From: Bugula neritina | Lineage: Eukaryota; Animalia; Bryozoa | NCBI GenBank assembly: GCA_964035545.1 | Contig: CAXIUT010000239.1 | Coordinates: 1 to 35,868, forward strand | Length of the DNA: 35,868 bases | Direction of reading: 5' to 3' | In this document: positions 11,973 to 23,889 of the stretch, one piece after another | Position numbering within the stretch: position 1 is the first letter of the stretch | Layout: the number at the start of each line of letters is the position of its first letter | Notes under the pieces: model-generated | What the model was told of the DNA's origin: nothing | Databases searched by the model: none | The model's input: only the letters and a program-made list of their open reading frames with translations | Position numbers and translations under genes: made by a program

Positions 11973-12048
11973 TGGGGTTGGGGTTGGGGTTGGGGTTGGG
12001 GTTGGGGTTGGGGTTGGGGTTGGGGTTGGGGTTGGGGTTGGGGTTGGG
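11973..12048 (+). repeat. Internal telomeric tract T(GGGGTT)12GGG
   Basis: Perfect 76-nt tract between the convergent SelK and cyclase-like 3' ends. Confidence 0.97.
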
Positions 12049-12066
12049 ATAACAAACGATTCACTA

Positions 12067-14995
12067 TCAAATACAATTACTATAATTTCTATATCCATTC
12101 CACTGACTGGGTACTCTAGCTTTTTGACTTTCAATAAATCCTTTGATTCTTTGAGCAGTATAGTCATGATTTAACTTTTAATATTTTAACCTAAATCAAT
12201 TCAAAATTACAATTATAGACTTTCTACCCACTACCCCTTTACATAATATTCAAAAGCTAGTCGATACTTCTTCCTTGTCTCTTCACTTAAATTCTTCTTC
12301 AATATCTCTCTCAATTCTTTCTTATTATTTATAAAATGCTAAATATTATCAAAAATACCCCAGAATTATAGTTACCCATCTAAGACATTTGAAGATACAT
12401 TAAATTTTCCTCTTTTTTAGTTTTTAAGTCTTTTGATTTTTTCTTTGATTTATCTATTCTATTTCTTGAAGGAGTGACATTCAAAGTGTCAAAATCAATC
12501 ATGTACACCCTCTCACTCACCTGAGAATCATCATATTTTATAGACTCAAGACATCTAAGATGTTTCTTGAGGCCAGTTGATAGGTTAGAATGTAGGGATT
12601 AAGATACAACCATGAAGTTTCCTTTCTCCTTAGCGAAGCTCATCAACTTATTTAACCTACTTACTTCAAGTCCAAAAAACATAGGATCTATTTTATAGCT
12701 ACTTCCTACTATTCCCTCAGAAGCCCATCCTAAAGTTAAAGCAAAACTCATTTAAACAGAAAAAGCTCCTTTGAAGCTCACTAAAAGTCTTTGGTCATTT
12801 CTATATTTAAATATTTTAGGTTCTTTGCACAAACGAGCTAAAATTTTCAATGCTGAGAATACTCCAAAATCACTAATGATTTTAATATAGTTATTGGTTT
12901 CTGGATCAGCATTATTGCCAATTAGACAAGGATTCATTCCTTATTAGATTCTATTTTTATTTAATTGGTCTTTAGGTATTTTAAAAACCAACAAAAATCC
13001 ATTATCCAGAATTTTAGAACAGTAGCCTCCATATCTAAAGGCAGAATTTTGAGCAATAATTGATATTTAGTTGATAAATCCAAAAACATCATCGCCTAGA
13101 ACTTAAGTGATAGTGTCAATATGGTTGATTTGACAAAGAACAAACACGCATAGCGACCTATTCATACTAGAATCAAGATTCTGATTGATAGCTTCACTAT
13201 TTTGCATCTTAGAATGAATCAGCTAGTTTCCAAGAGAACCAAAAATAGTCTGCATTAACTTTTTTATCTTTATTATAGCATTCTGCACCATCTGAGTCTC
13301 ATATTATTCATTACTATCTTCCTAAGGTTTATCTTCTTCGTCATTTGTTTCTTGTGACTTCACCAAAAAAAGCATTTTTTCTATGGGAACGATCACCAAC
13401 TCATTAATGTTATTACTAAAAGACGTTAGGAGGTACATAATAGTCAGACAAATGAAAGTAGTAGTTATAATAGAAAATACTATATAAAAGCATAATTACT
13501 GGCATCAATCTGATTGTATTGAGAATAATCAAGAAAGACAACAATAGAGTCAGCACTTTGATCAAATAGGTTTTTAGACTTTAAAGTAACATCAGGTCTG
13601 ATAGCTAAAACTTGACTAACATTAAATGTTTTATAGAATATGCCTATGTCAGTCGACCTGAAAGAAGAAAAATCAGTTACAGGACAATATTCGACTTCAT
13701 CAAAAGGGGTATCAATACAAAGAATACTTGAATAGACTCCTAAACCAGGAAACTCATTGATATTATTATTAATGAGTTGATTTATTTAATTAATAGTAAC
13801 TCGGCTATTAGTTCTAAATCAAGACAGGGCTACAATATTCTGGCTAGGAAGGATGTCATAAGGTCCCATTGTGTGGCTAAATCTAGGTAGTTTTTGATAT
13901 CCATCAAAGGAATAGATATCATCAATATGAGAATGATGATAATGATTCGTTTTCGTTTGATAGTGTCATTAGAAAGAATTTTACTTATATTGCTTTATTT
14001 GTTTTACTCAGTGATCTACTCCTACTTCTTCTCCTCACTCTACTCAGAAAATATCATCATTGCTTCAGATCTCTTAGATTCTATCCTGCTTTTCTTGTTT
14101 CTTTATAATTATGACTTCAACAACTTTTATATCTTATCCTATTATTCTTTTATACTATCCTTCTCTATTTCAAAACGACCTAAATTTTATTCATACATAT
14201 TCAACTCATTTGTCATTCTTATATTAGATAACCCTTCTTCATTGTACCCTATTATTTATTTATTAGAGTTGTTACCTTCATCCATTAGTGGCTCAATTAC
14301 CTCTTTTATATTTTTATCTTTCTTTCTTTGCTAATTTAGCTCTTTAGCTTTTTGACTTGACTTATATAGTTTAGCTACTCTAGCTAATCTGAATATCTTA
14401 ACCACTCGAACTGCTCTAGCTGCTGCTCTTGAAGCCTTACTTTGAGCAATTAAACTATTAACTTGAAAACCTGAAGAAGAGTTACTATTAAAGATGGCAT
14501 CAGTAATGAAATCTACATCGAGAAGTATAGTAATGGTGGAGATAAGGTCAAGATAGAAGTAGAATGAGCAGAAATATCCTTCCATAGCAAAATTCATAAA
14601 AATTTAAATCATGAAGACAGCAAAGAAGGTCAAATTGATATATCCTACAGTTTAGTCTTGTTCTTTAGTCATAAAAATAGTTCTAAGATCATAAAGAACC
14701 AAGCTTATCAAAGTTAGAAATGTAATAAAAAGTTGAAAATAAATACTAAATTATTCAATATTTACTTTTGAACTATTTTCAACAATGAACTTTTCTATTT
14801 CTTTTTTATCTCAGGCTACTCCTTTACTTTAGATGTAAACATTCTTTGTGTATTCTTTTTTTATGTCATTGCATTAAACTAATCCTAACTAATCCCTAAA
14901 CTGCTCTTTCTACTATAGTTAGCTCTATCTCTGTCACTCAATTCCATCACCTTACATATCTGCTCGTTAGTATATTCAGCAGGACTGATCGACAT
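12067..14995 (-). CDS. Alveolate-type ion-channel/adenylyl-cyclase-like protein with degenerate catalytic site, ~942 aa
   Basis: S1-S4 voltage sensor (FMIEIF, FYFYLDLIS, SRAAARAVRVVKIFRLARVAKLYK), ESNISKILS, VIVPIEKM, class III cyclase fold (GWASEGIVGSSYKID), TPR-like tail (KGEW...PSQWNGYR). Five 20-nt introns: 14746-14765, 13814-13833, 13480-13499, 12339-12358, 12191-12210. Confidence 0.9.
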
Positions 14996-15039
14996 CTTTT
15001 ATTTAAATCCTAACTTATATATTCTATTACATCGATACT

Positions 15040-15330
15040 ATCATCATAACTATACTATCAATCATCATAACTATACTATCAATCAATATATCAATCCTAT
15101 CAATCAATATATCAATCCTATCAATCAATATAGCTATACTATCAATATAGCTATACTATCAATATAGCTATACTATCAATATAGCTATACTATCAATATA
15201 GCTATACTATCAATATAGCTATACTATCAATATAGCTATACTATCAATATAGCTATACTATCAATATAGCTATACTATCAATATAGCTATACTATACTAT
15301 AAATCATTTTAGCTATAGTATCAATACTAT
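15040..15330. repeat. Compound minisatellite, core 17-bp unit ATCAATATAGCTATACT (about 10 copies) plus ~21-bp variants
   Basis: Directly visible array downstream of the minus-strand gene ending at 15366. Confidence 0.95.
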
Positions 15331-15365
15331 CGATGTTATCAACTTAACTTGGAGAAATATAAGTA

Positions 15366-16063
15366 TCAGATATCATCACTATTATCATTTTACAGTTTAG
15401 TCAAGGCTATCCAAAGACAATCTGGGCTACAACTCCACTAAAATCTAGGAGACTAGGAAAGAGATATTTATTTATGATTTAACTCTGCCAACTTATGCTT
15501 GATGGAATCAGTCATTTTACTATCCAGGTCTTATCTCTATTCACTCCTATTGAACACGTAGAACACTCCAACCACAATGGCCACAACTATATTAAACTTT
15601 TAGTACCAAATATTACACTCAAACAAGAAAAAGAATAATACAAGTTGTCGTTAGTCACATTCAATAAAACAGCCATTATATAAATAGACAAAAATAGTAT
15701 AGCAGAAAGACATAGTCCCTTGATAGCCATCTCTTCTTGTCCGAAACAGTTACTTTATAACTTGTTTTTATACTCCTTCCAAGTACAATAGCACTATCCA
15801 TCCACTTATCCCTTCATCTCCTACACACACAACTCACCTAAACTCTAAGGAACTTTAGCCCTCTTAAAACCATTGCCATACTTATTAGAAACAAAGACCA
15901 CTTTGTCAGAAGTAGAAAGAGGAACATCGAAACTATTAGACTTCAACTTCTACATCCTTGTTTCAGGAATATAACCTCTTAGCTTAATAGATGTCATTTT
16001 ATTCAGTCGACCTCCGTCCATCTTGCGACAAGTCAACTTCCTTATTGTCTGAACCGATTGCAT
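15366..16063 (-). CDS. Hypothetical two-TM membrane protein, ~225 aa (start may be 16111)
   Basis: A consensus 20-nt intron at 15587-15606 joins LSVIF/VVAIVVGVFYVF into a TM helix; the other TM is LCLSAILFLSIYIMAVLL. Ends TGA-T. Confidence 0.7.
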
Positions 16064-16208
16064 CTTATAGAAAATATTTATCAATTTAGAATATTACATC
16101 AAACTCTTCATAAAGGGTATCAATAATATCAATGATATCAATAAAGAGTGGTATTTAGAATGGTTTTAGAAAAGTGATAGGTTATAATTTTGTTCAATAA
16201 ATAATTTT

Positions 16209-17768
16209 ATGTCAAAACATACAAGTAAGTACTACCAATTAGTCAAAGCCATAAGAACAGAAAAGCAATAGTCCCACCTCAGAAAGACTCTTCGCTAGCA
16301 AAGAACCAAAATAAAGCTGATTAAAGACAAACAAGAAGTCAACTAAAAAATAATATCGTAGATAATCGACCAAGATAGATCGATATAATTGGATAAATAA
16401 GACCTAAACATAAGCAAAACAGAAGAACGATTAATCGATAGAGATCAAGAAGAACAAAGACTATGGAAAATATTTATAGATAAGGCTAAGACAATAACCC
16501 AACCGTCAGATCTTCTTCCGATAAAGAAGAAACTCAATCAGGCAAAAGATGAATAAGCAATAGAATAGATATTGATGTTGATATAAAACGAGGAAAGGAT
16601 AAACAGATAGAATGAATAAAGAATATAAAGGAAATTAGGTAACATATGGTCGTAAGGAGGTGGTTTAAAGAAGAAGATAGAAGAGATAAGGATGAAATTG
16701 TAATAATATGATCGGTAGTTGATCAGGTTAAAAAACAATTTTGATAAAGAAGAAAAAGCACTTCATTAGAGGTCAAATAAATTCAAAGAAGAGAAAAGTA
16801 AAGATATGATGATCAAAAATATAAATAAAGATGATAATCAAATGAGAAATGCTATGATATCAAAGATAAAACTCAATCAAGAACTAGATTTTGGATTTCA
16901 ACTCCAAAGAAGAAGAACTTTCAACCAAGCCAAACAAGTCATCAACGACAATAAAAAAACAACTAATCAGCAACTCAACACTTTAACCTAGAAGTATAAT
17001 CAACTTAAAATTCTATAAAAATAAATAGAACCTCAACTTATTAGCATTAAAAACAAATAAAATACTTTAAACAGTTAAATCATTTACTTTTTAAAATATC
17101 TAATAAAGTATTTTCCTTACCATTCTCAAGGAATCAAATGGATGGTATAAAAATTAAATCATCTAAAAGTATAAATAAAATAATAGTAACTGCCTGAATC
17201 ATTATTAACTTAAGACAAATAATTTCTATCCTCTTTGTTCAAGTAAAATATTCATAAAAGTCAATTCTAGAACACTTAAATCAAAGTATTTAATAAAACA
17301 CGTTTCTCCAAATAAAATACTACCAAAAATGGATTTAAAAAAATATAAACTTATAGAACATAACCCAATATGACCACCAACCAAGATTTCATCAAAAACT
17401 ATTAAATCAACTAATAATCTCCCTTCAATAAAGATACCACCATTCACTTCGATATCGACAACTAATTCGATAACACCATTCACTTCTAGTCATCATCTCC
17501 GAGAAAGTTTAATGTCCAATCAAACTCTCTTAAAAGAATATACCAAGAAGCAGGATAAGTCATTTCTGATAGAATTAAAAAAAGACAATGGAGCTACTAA
17601 TCCTGCAAAATGATCAATACAAATAAACTAAACAATAGCGAGCTCAAAAATAGAAGCAATAGTGTGATAAAGTAAAAACTTAGATGCAAATTCATCAATG
17701 TCAGACAAAACTCAAGAAGAAATAAACTCAACTCCCTCATCTTCGGAGACACATACAGATAATTATGA
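16209..17768 (+). CDS. Hypothetical coiled-coil protein, ~519 aa
   Basis: 1560-nt ORF under table 30, Glu/Lys-rich heptads. Confidence 0.75.
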
Positions 17769-17829
17769 TCATTCTTATCCTTTATAGTCATATTCTTAAA
17801 TAAGATATAATATCATAATAGACCAATTA

Positions 17830-18028
17830 GCAAATCAATAAATAATATTATCAATGAAAAGGTTGTGAGTAATTACTGAAATAAATAAATAAGTCAATCA
17901 ATAAATAATATTATCAATAAATAATATTATCAATGAAAAGGTTGTGAGTAATTACTGGAATAAATGAATAAATAAATGAATGAATGAATGAATGAATGAA
18001 TGAATGAATGAATGAATGAATGAATGAA

Positions 18029-18079
<51 letters not shown>

Positions 18080-18253
18080 ATCAATAAATAGTATTATCAA
18101 TGAAAAGGTTGTGAGTAATGGGGTTGGGGTTGGGGTTGGGGTTGGGGTTGGGGTTGGGGTTGGGGTTGGGGTTGGGGTTGGGGTTGGGAGTATTATCAAT
18201 GAAAAGGTTGTGAGTAATTACTTCAATAAATAAATGAATAAATAAAATAATAA

Positions 18254-18312
<59 letters not shown>

Positions 18313-18360
18313 ATCAATAAATAGTATTATCAATGAAAAGGTTGTGAGTAATTACTTCAA

Positions 18361-18395
<35 letters not shown>

Positions 18396-18443
18396 ATCAA
18401 TAAATAGTATTATCAATGAAAAGGTTGTGAGTAATTACTTCAA

Positions 18444-18474
<31 letters not shown>

Positions 18475-18522
18475 ATCAATAAATAGTATTATCAATGAAA
18501 AGGTTGTGAGTAATTACTTCAA

Positions 18523-18561
<39 letters not shown>

Positions 18562-18636
18562 ATCAATAAATAGTATTATCAATGAAAAGGTTGTGAGTAA
18601 TTACTTCAATAAATAAATGAATAAATAAAATAATAA

Positions 18637-18687
<51 letters not shown>

Positions 18688-18780
18688 GTCAATCAATAAA
18701 TAGTATTATCAATGAAAAGGTTGTGAGTAATTACTGAAATAAATGAATAAATGAATGAATAAATAAATAAATAAATAAAT
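17830..18780. repeat. Array of 9 copies of a ~31-bp unit (TATTATCAATGAAAAGGTTGTGAGTAATTAC) separated by variable AATA/AATG microsatellites
   Basis: Directly visible, between two convergent genes. Confidence 0.95.
18119..18188 (+). repeat. Internal telomeric tract T(GGGGTT)11GGG
   Basis: Perfect 70-nt tract flanked by identical 30-mers at 18090-18119 and 18189-18218. Confidence 0.97.
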
Positions 18781-18800
18781 ATTTAGGAATAATAGAGATA

Positions 18801-20669
18801 TCACAGCTATCCAGGAGTTTTTTTATCCTGCAGCAACAAAATTTAACTTTCAAGATACTTAATTTTGGTTTTGAAATGATCAGTTTTGTCCTTCAGTATA
18901 TTCTAGTATTTCTAAGATATTAACTTCTACATACTATCCAGTCCTTCTTAAATGCTCTCTATTTTTTATGTTTCTAACTCATTTCTTAATTCTATCATCT
19001 TTTGCTAGAACTATTTCTTTTCCTTTTCTCTCTATCTAGATAATGAATAAATATCTTCTTATAGTCCTTTGATGTCGTTCTGAAATGCAGATGTTTTCTA
19101 TTTTTCAATGATGTACAGTTTTTAGCATTAATTAATACAATTTTGAGTCTACTTCAAAAGATTTTCCCTTTAAATAGACTTCTCCATCAGCTGTTCTTTC
19201 TACTATTATATGCTTTTTCTTCTTTATATTTCTGAATCTAATATCTTATCAAACTCCTTGACTCTTTTATTCTCCTTTTCGTAAATAAGTTCCATTTAGA
19301 CCAACCTAGTCTTCACATCTACATAGTTCTTCTCAGTCTCATTGGCAAATATCTAATTCTTGTGACTTTTCTCTCTCAAACTTTCTAGCTCTTTGGTCTG
19401 CACCTCTAAAGTATGATCAACCTATCTCAATTTTTGACTCATTCGATGGCTGCCCTCTTTTAAATGAACATTTTCACCCATCAACTCCTTCTCTCCTTTC
19501 TATAATGTTGAGACAATAGCTATCAAGTCGTGAATTTCTTGCTGTTTTGTGCTGACATCTTTTTAAAGAGTGCTATTGGACTAACGGATAAGTACATTAT
19601 CTTTCTCTAAAGCATTTATTAATAGTTTGTGTTTATTATCATTTTATTTTAGTTAGCATTCAAAGAAAGTACTGCTCTAAGTCATTCTTCTCAGTTATGA
19701 TTAAAGGTTTTAGATATGTCTCATTTGAGAATACTTGGTTTCTTAAAGTCCAAGAATGTTTTATTTCAATTCATTTCCTTAAGCCATCAAATGAGCTCCA
19801 TCTTGCTTCAACTGACCTACTATCCTTTCAAGCATAGCTCTCTCTTGTTTACTTTTCTATAACTCACTCTTGGACGTTTATAACTACCTCCCCAAGACTT
19901 GTATCTTTTGCAAATTATCTGTTTATATCTGATTTATCTTTTTATTTTTTAGTTAAATTTAACTTTTAAGATCCTCGGCCAAGGATTTGTATTTTTTAAG
20001 TTCTATTTCTATTTTATCCAGTTCGATGTTTATTTTATTGAGTGCTAGTTCTTGATTTTTGCAGGTGATTTTCAGCTATGTATTTTATTTAAATAGAGTT
20101 TCTATTTATTTTTTGGAAGAAAGATTTTCTTAAGAATATTTTTTCTGTGCACTTCTAAATGATTGCTACAAATGCATCATTTCTGATTTATTTTTTGCTT
20201 ATAAATTGCTGAGAACTCTTTCCCTACTTTGTCTTTCACTGGTTAGTTCTTGTTGCAACCTCACTAGTTGAAAATTGTCTTAAATCTCATTTATTTTATG
20301 ATAAGAAGCTCGATCCACCTCTTTTTTCCAATTCTATTAAACTCTATTCTTTAATCCCTTGATCTGTCCGTTCTCATTTCTCAAACTATCAATCTCTCGA
20401 ACCAACTATGAATTTTGTTTTTGCAACTAGAGAGTACTCACCTTATAGCTCTCATTCTGAGCCACCAAAACATTCACGTATCTCTATATTTAATCTATTT
20501 TAGAACACCTTAACTTCAATTCTTTATTTTCTATCTTATACTCTTCAAGTCTTCTATCAATATTCGAGTGAGTGGGTTCGACTCGCTTTAATGTACTGAG
20601 TTGATTGATGGGTAAATCTTTAAGCACTTTGGCTGAATTATACTTGCTTTAACTTGTCAAACGGTACAT
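18801..20669 (-). CDS. Long coiled-coil protein, ~622 aa
   Basis: 1869-nt ORF under table 30, heptad-rich throughout. Confidence 0.8.
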
Positions 20670-20699
20670 TCTATTTTAATATTATATTTTATATAAATA

Positions 20700-21611
20700 T
20701 CAAAAGGTGCTTCTCTTGCGATAATACTCAGGCAACAAATTATGAGAAACCCTTTTGCCATGCTGTTCCTATATTGCTTTTGAAAGCAGCCAATCAAAAT
20801 AAGTGAAATACATCCAATATAACAACATCCCCTTTGACATGTTTTTTATCAAAGTACCAGTAAAGCCCTTCCAATAACGATATCTAGACTTCAAATCAAA
20901 ACACTATTCTATCTGTCTCTGTACAGCGAAATGACTAGCAGCATTAGTCAAACCAATCACAATCGATGCTATCAACAACTCTTACTTTCTAAAACTTGTC
21001 TCAGAAGTTTATTCATGATGTTATGCCTATCTTGATACCAGTTTTCCTTATAATTTAAGAAAAGTAAAAACCTCTATCATGCTGTTTATAAGACTAGCAG
21101 GCAATGTATATTTCAATCCATTTCTAAAGACACTTTTATTTTATGTCACTTTAATCAACCTCCTACGGACACTTTCTGTTGAATTGTTAGAACTTGGTTC
21201 AAGAGATGAGGCAATAGTTTGATAGTTGAAGGCGCTTTGACTGGCCAAAGTAGCAAATCCATTTGCCAGAATACAAGATATATAGATCCAGTATTTACTG
21301 TCAGCCCATCGAGATACTATCAGATGATCGAAAATAAAGAATTTAAAAGTCATCAGAGTGACAGAATAGTCCAAAGAGTACCTGAAACCATGAAAGCATT
21401 TCGGAAAACCTTAGACTTTAAACATCTGAGCCAATATCATTGGTATTTATGTAATCTGATTGGGTGTCAAATAGGTCTATCTTTTAATTAATTGCGTCTG
21501 CAAACGTTGCAAAGGATAAGTAACCAATTCAGTCAAAACTACAGGAAGGTTTATTGCTAAAAACTTATTTAATAACCCGAACGAACTGAAATCGAAATTT
21601 ATCACAAACAT
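20700..21611 (-). CDS. Divergent mitochondrial carrier (SLC25) family protein, ~303 aa
   Basis: VTYPLQRLQTQL, MFKVEGFPKCFHG, VFRNG, RYWKG; size and three-fold TM pattern fit SLC25. Confidence 0.75.
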
Positions 21612-21685
21612 TTCTCTTATTTATTATTATCTAACTTTAAAAATCAAATCATTAAATCCAATCACTCTTCTTAAAAAATATATCA

Positions 21686-21845
21686 AATACTCACAGATAA
21701 AAAACTCCAATACTCATAGATAACAAACTCCAAGACTCACAGATAACAAACTCCAATACTCACAGATAACAAACTCCAATACTCATAGATAATACATTAA
21801 ATACTCATAGATGATAAACACCAATACTCACAGATGATAAACAAC
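21686..21845. repeat. 23-bp minisatellite (TACTCACAGATAACAAACTCCAA), about 7 copies
   Basis: Directly visible, just downstream of the stop at 21854. Confidence 0.93.
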
Positions 21846-21853
21846 ATCACTAT

Positions 21854-22917
21854 TCACTGAGTACTATTGAACTCAACATAGATTTACTTTTATGTTTAGT
21901 TGTTGGCAATCATAGAGCCTCCTTTTCTGTGTTCAGGATTCAAGAAGTCAGCAATACTGGGCTCAGGGGTACCTACCTCATCCATAGTAGTTTTTTCTGG
22001 ATGATCAAAAGATTTCAAAGATAAGATCTCGTCTTCGTAGTGACTGAGTTCCCTAAATAAGTCACTTGCAGATCGTCTCTGACTCGGATTCTATTGAAGC
22101 ATACTATTAAGAATGCTCTTGAAGTATTGACTGTAGTTATGACCAATTTTTTGCATGAGATCGTTTTTTTTATCTTTGCAAAATGAAAAGATAGATCTAT
22201 TGTAAAGATGGTAGCAATCACAAAGAGTCCCAGCCATCAATATAGTCACTCCTATACTAAAGATTTAAGCTTTACAAGGGTTGACCTTCGGATAGATTCC
22301 TTTTTAGATGAACTTGTTGTCAATTTCTTCAGGAGCTATATGAAAAGAGATCTACCTAAGAAACAATCGCTAGCCTTTGATTCAACAATTTTATTATAAT
22401 TATTTTTTCCAAAGGGCAAAAGGCAAGTTGGCACTACTTTTGCCCTTCCTTTTTGATTGACAACAATATTGGAAGGATGCACATTTCCTATCTTTTTATT
22501 CGAAGGCTCAAGATAGAATGCTGCTTATAGCAAATTATAAAGCAAATACCATAACTAACTTTCATCGAAAAAAGCTTTACTATGATGCCGACTGACTATC
22601 TATGTCTTTAGAATATGTTGATAGTATTAGCATTCGATTTACAAAGTGCCAGCCGTTCCACATAGAGTCTCCTGGGTAAACTTATAATGAGTAGGTAAAA
22701 AAAATATCTACCTGGCCTCTTCGTTCAATAAATGCTTTATATCATTTTACCACTAAGTAAATGTTTTACTAGAATTCAGTCCTTTTGTCACTTTCATGGT
22801 TGTAAGAGCCGAGATATCAGTTGTTTTTTGAGGGTCAAGAGAGCTTATTTCTATTTGACCAAAGAGGTGATGGGTGGTGGTTGTCGTTTCTGTTTATTTA
22901 ACTTGTCCCTGTCCCAT
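21854..22917 (-). CDS. Kinase-fold pseudokinase with possible N-myristoylation (MGQGQV), ~347 aa
   Basis: FDESELWYLL, IGNVHPSNIVV, FLAPEE (restored by the 20-nt intron at 22336-22355), KAEIFSIGVT, MLQENPSQR. Confidence 0.8.
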
Positions 22918-23053
22918 GTAATAAAATTATAGATAAAATAACTTGTTTTTTTAATCAAATATCAAATAACTGTCAAAGTCGTCTTTTCAGTCATTTATCT
23001 TAATTAAATTATCAGAATAAATAAGATAGAATTAGTCTTTAAGATGAGTAAGT

Positions 23054-23876
23054 TCAAAAATCATACAAAATATAAAGAAATGATGATTGGATCTTACTGA
23101 AGATATTGTTAAGAGTTTTAAATATTATTTTAGCTGCTGCTTCTCTGTTCTTACATCGAATAAATCTGTTCTAATCACACATATTATTCAGATTCTCCTC
23201 TAACTCTAAACCAACCATCTTATTCCTTAATATTTCATATTTGTCCTTTATCTATCGAACATCTTTGCCTTTCTTCTACCCAAAATTATTGTCTAAACCT
23301 ACTTTCTACTTGCTTTTCCTCGTTATCATCCTATTCTTCTATTTCGACTCGTTCTGGTATTTATTTTGTGACCTACTTTGTTTGAAATCCTGATTGCTTT
23401 TATCTTTTTTGTAGTCTACTGACAAAATAGATCTTATTTTATACAATCTCATCGATTAAGTAGACTATCTGCTCTGCTTTGATAAACTTCTCTCGGCATG
23501 TTGTTCTATTCTTTTGCTAAGCTGTCCATCTCTTGGAACTTAAAGTTTTAAATACCTATAAGCTTTTTTCCTTTTCCTTTATTTGCCAAACATATTTTTA
23601 TTCCTCCTCTAACTCTCATCAGTCAAATCTACTTAAAATACTCTTTACAGACAAGCTAACTAGTCATTGGTTTATTTCCTTGCAAATGAGAATTGATAGT
23701 ATATCCTTGGTTAAATCGATTTTACCTGATTATTTATTAAAAGAACTATTTCCATAACGATTGTTATACAAGTTTTTTCTCACGTATTTAGTATTATCAG
23801 GTTTAGGTATTTCTACATTATAGGTTGACTGTTCTGTTGGTAGTTTGTTTTTGAATCGTTTCGATTGAATTATCAT
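23054..23876 (-). CDS. Hypothetical basic protein, ~260 aa
   Basis: Frame restored by consensus 20-nt introns at 23706-23725 and 23629-23648. Both ends are uncertain. Confidence 0.6.
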
Positions 23877-23889
23877 ACAAATATTATAA

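Noticed and set aside
15333-17768. Long plus-strand frame with one in-frame TGA (16050-16052) in a UxxC-like context (V-TGA-TDC), suggesting a second selenoprotein or readthrough
   Set aside because: The 5' part is better explained as the antisense shadow of a minus-strand two-TM gene with a consensus 20-nt intron. A good ATG exists at 16209 and no SECIS is visible after 17768.
11928-18317. PTPT, GVGV and PNPN repeat ORFs in the track
   Set aside because: They are translations of telomeric and microsatellite tracts.
17830-18780. CRISPR-like repeat-spacer array
   Set aside because: Spacers are low-complexity microsatellites or telomere, there are no cas genes, and the context is eukaryotic.
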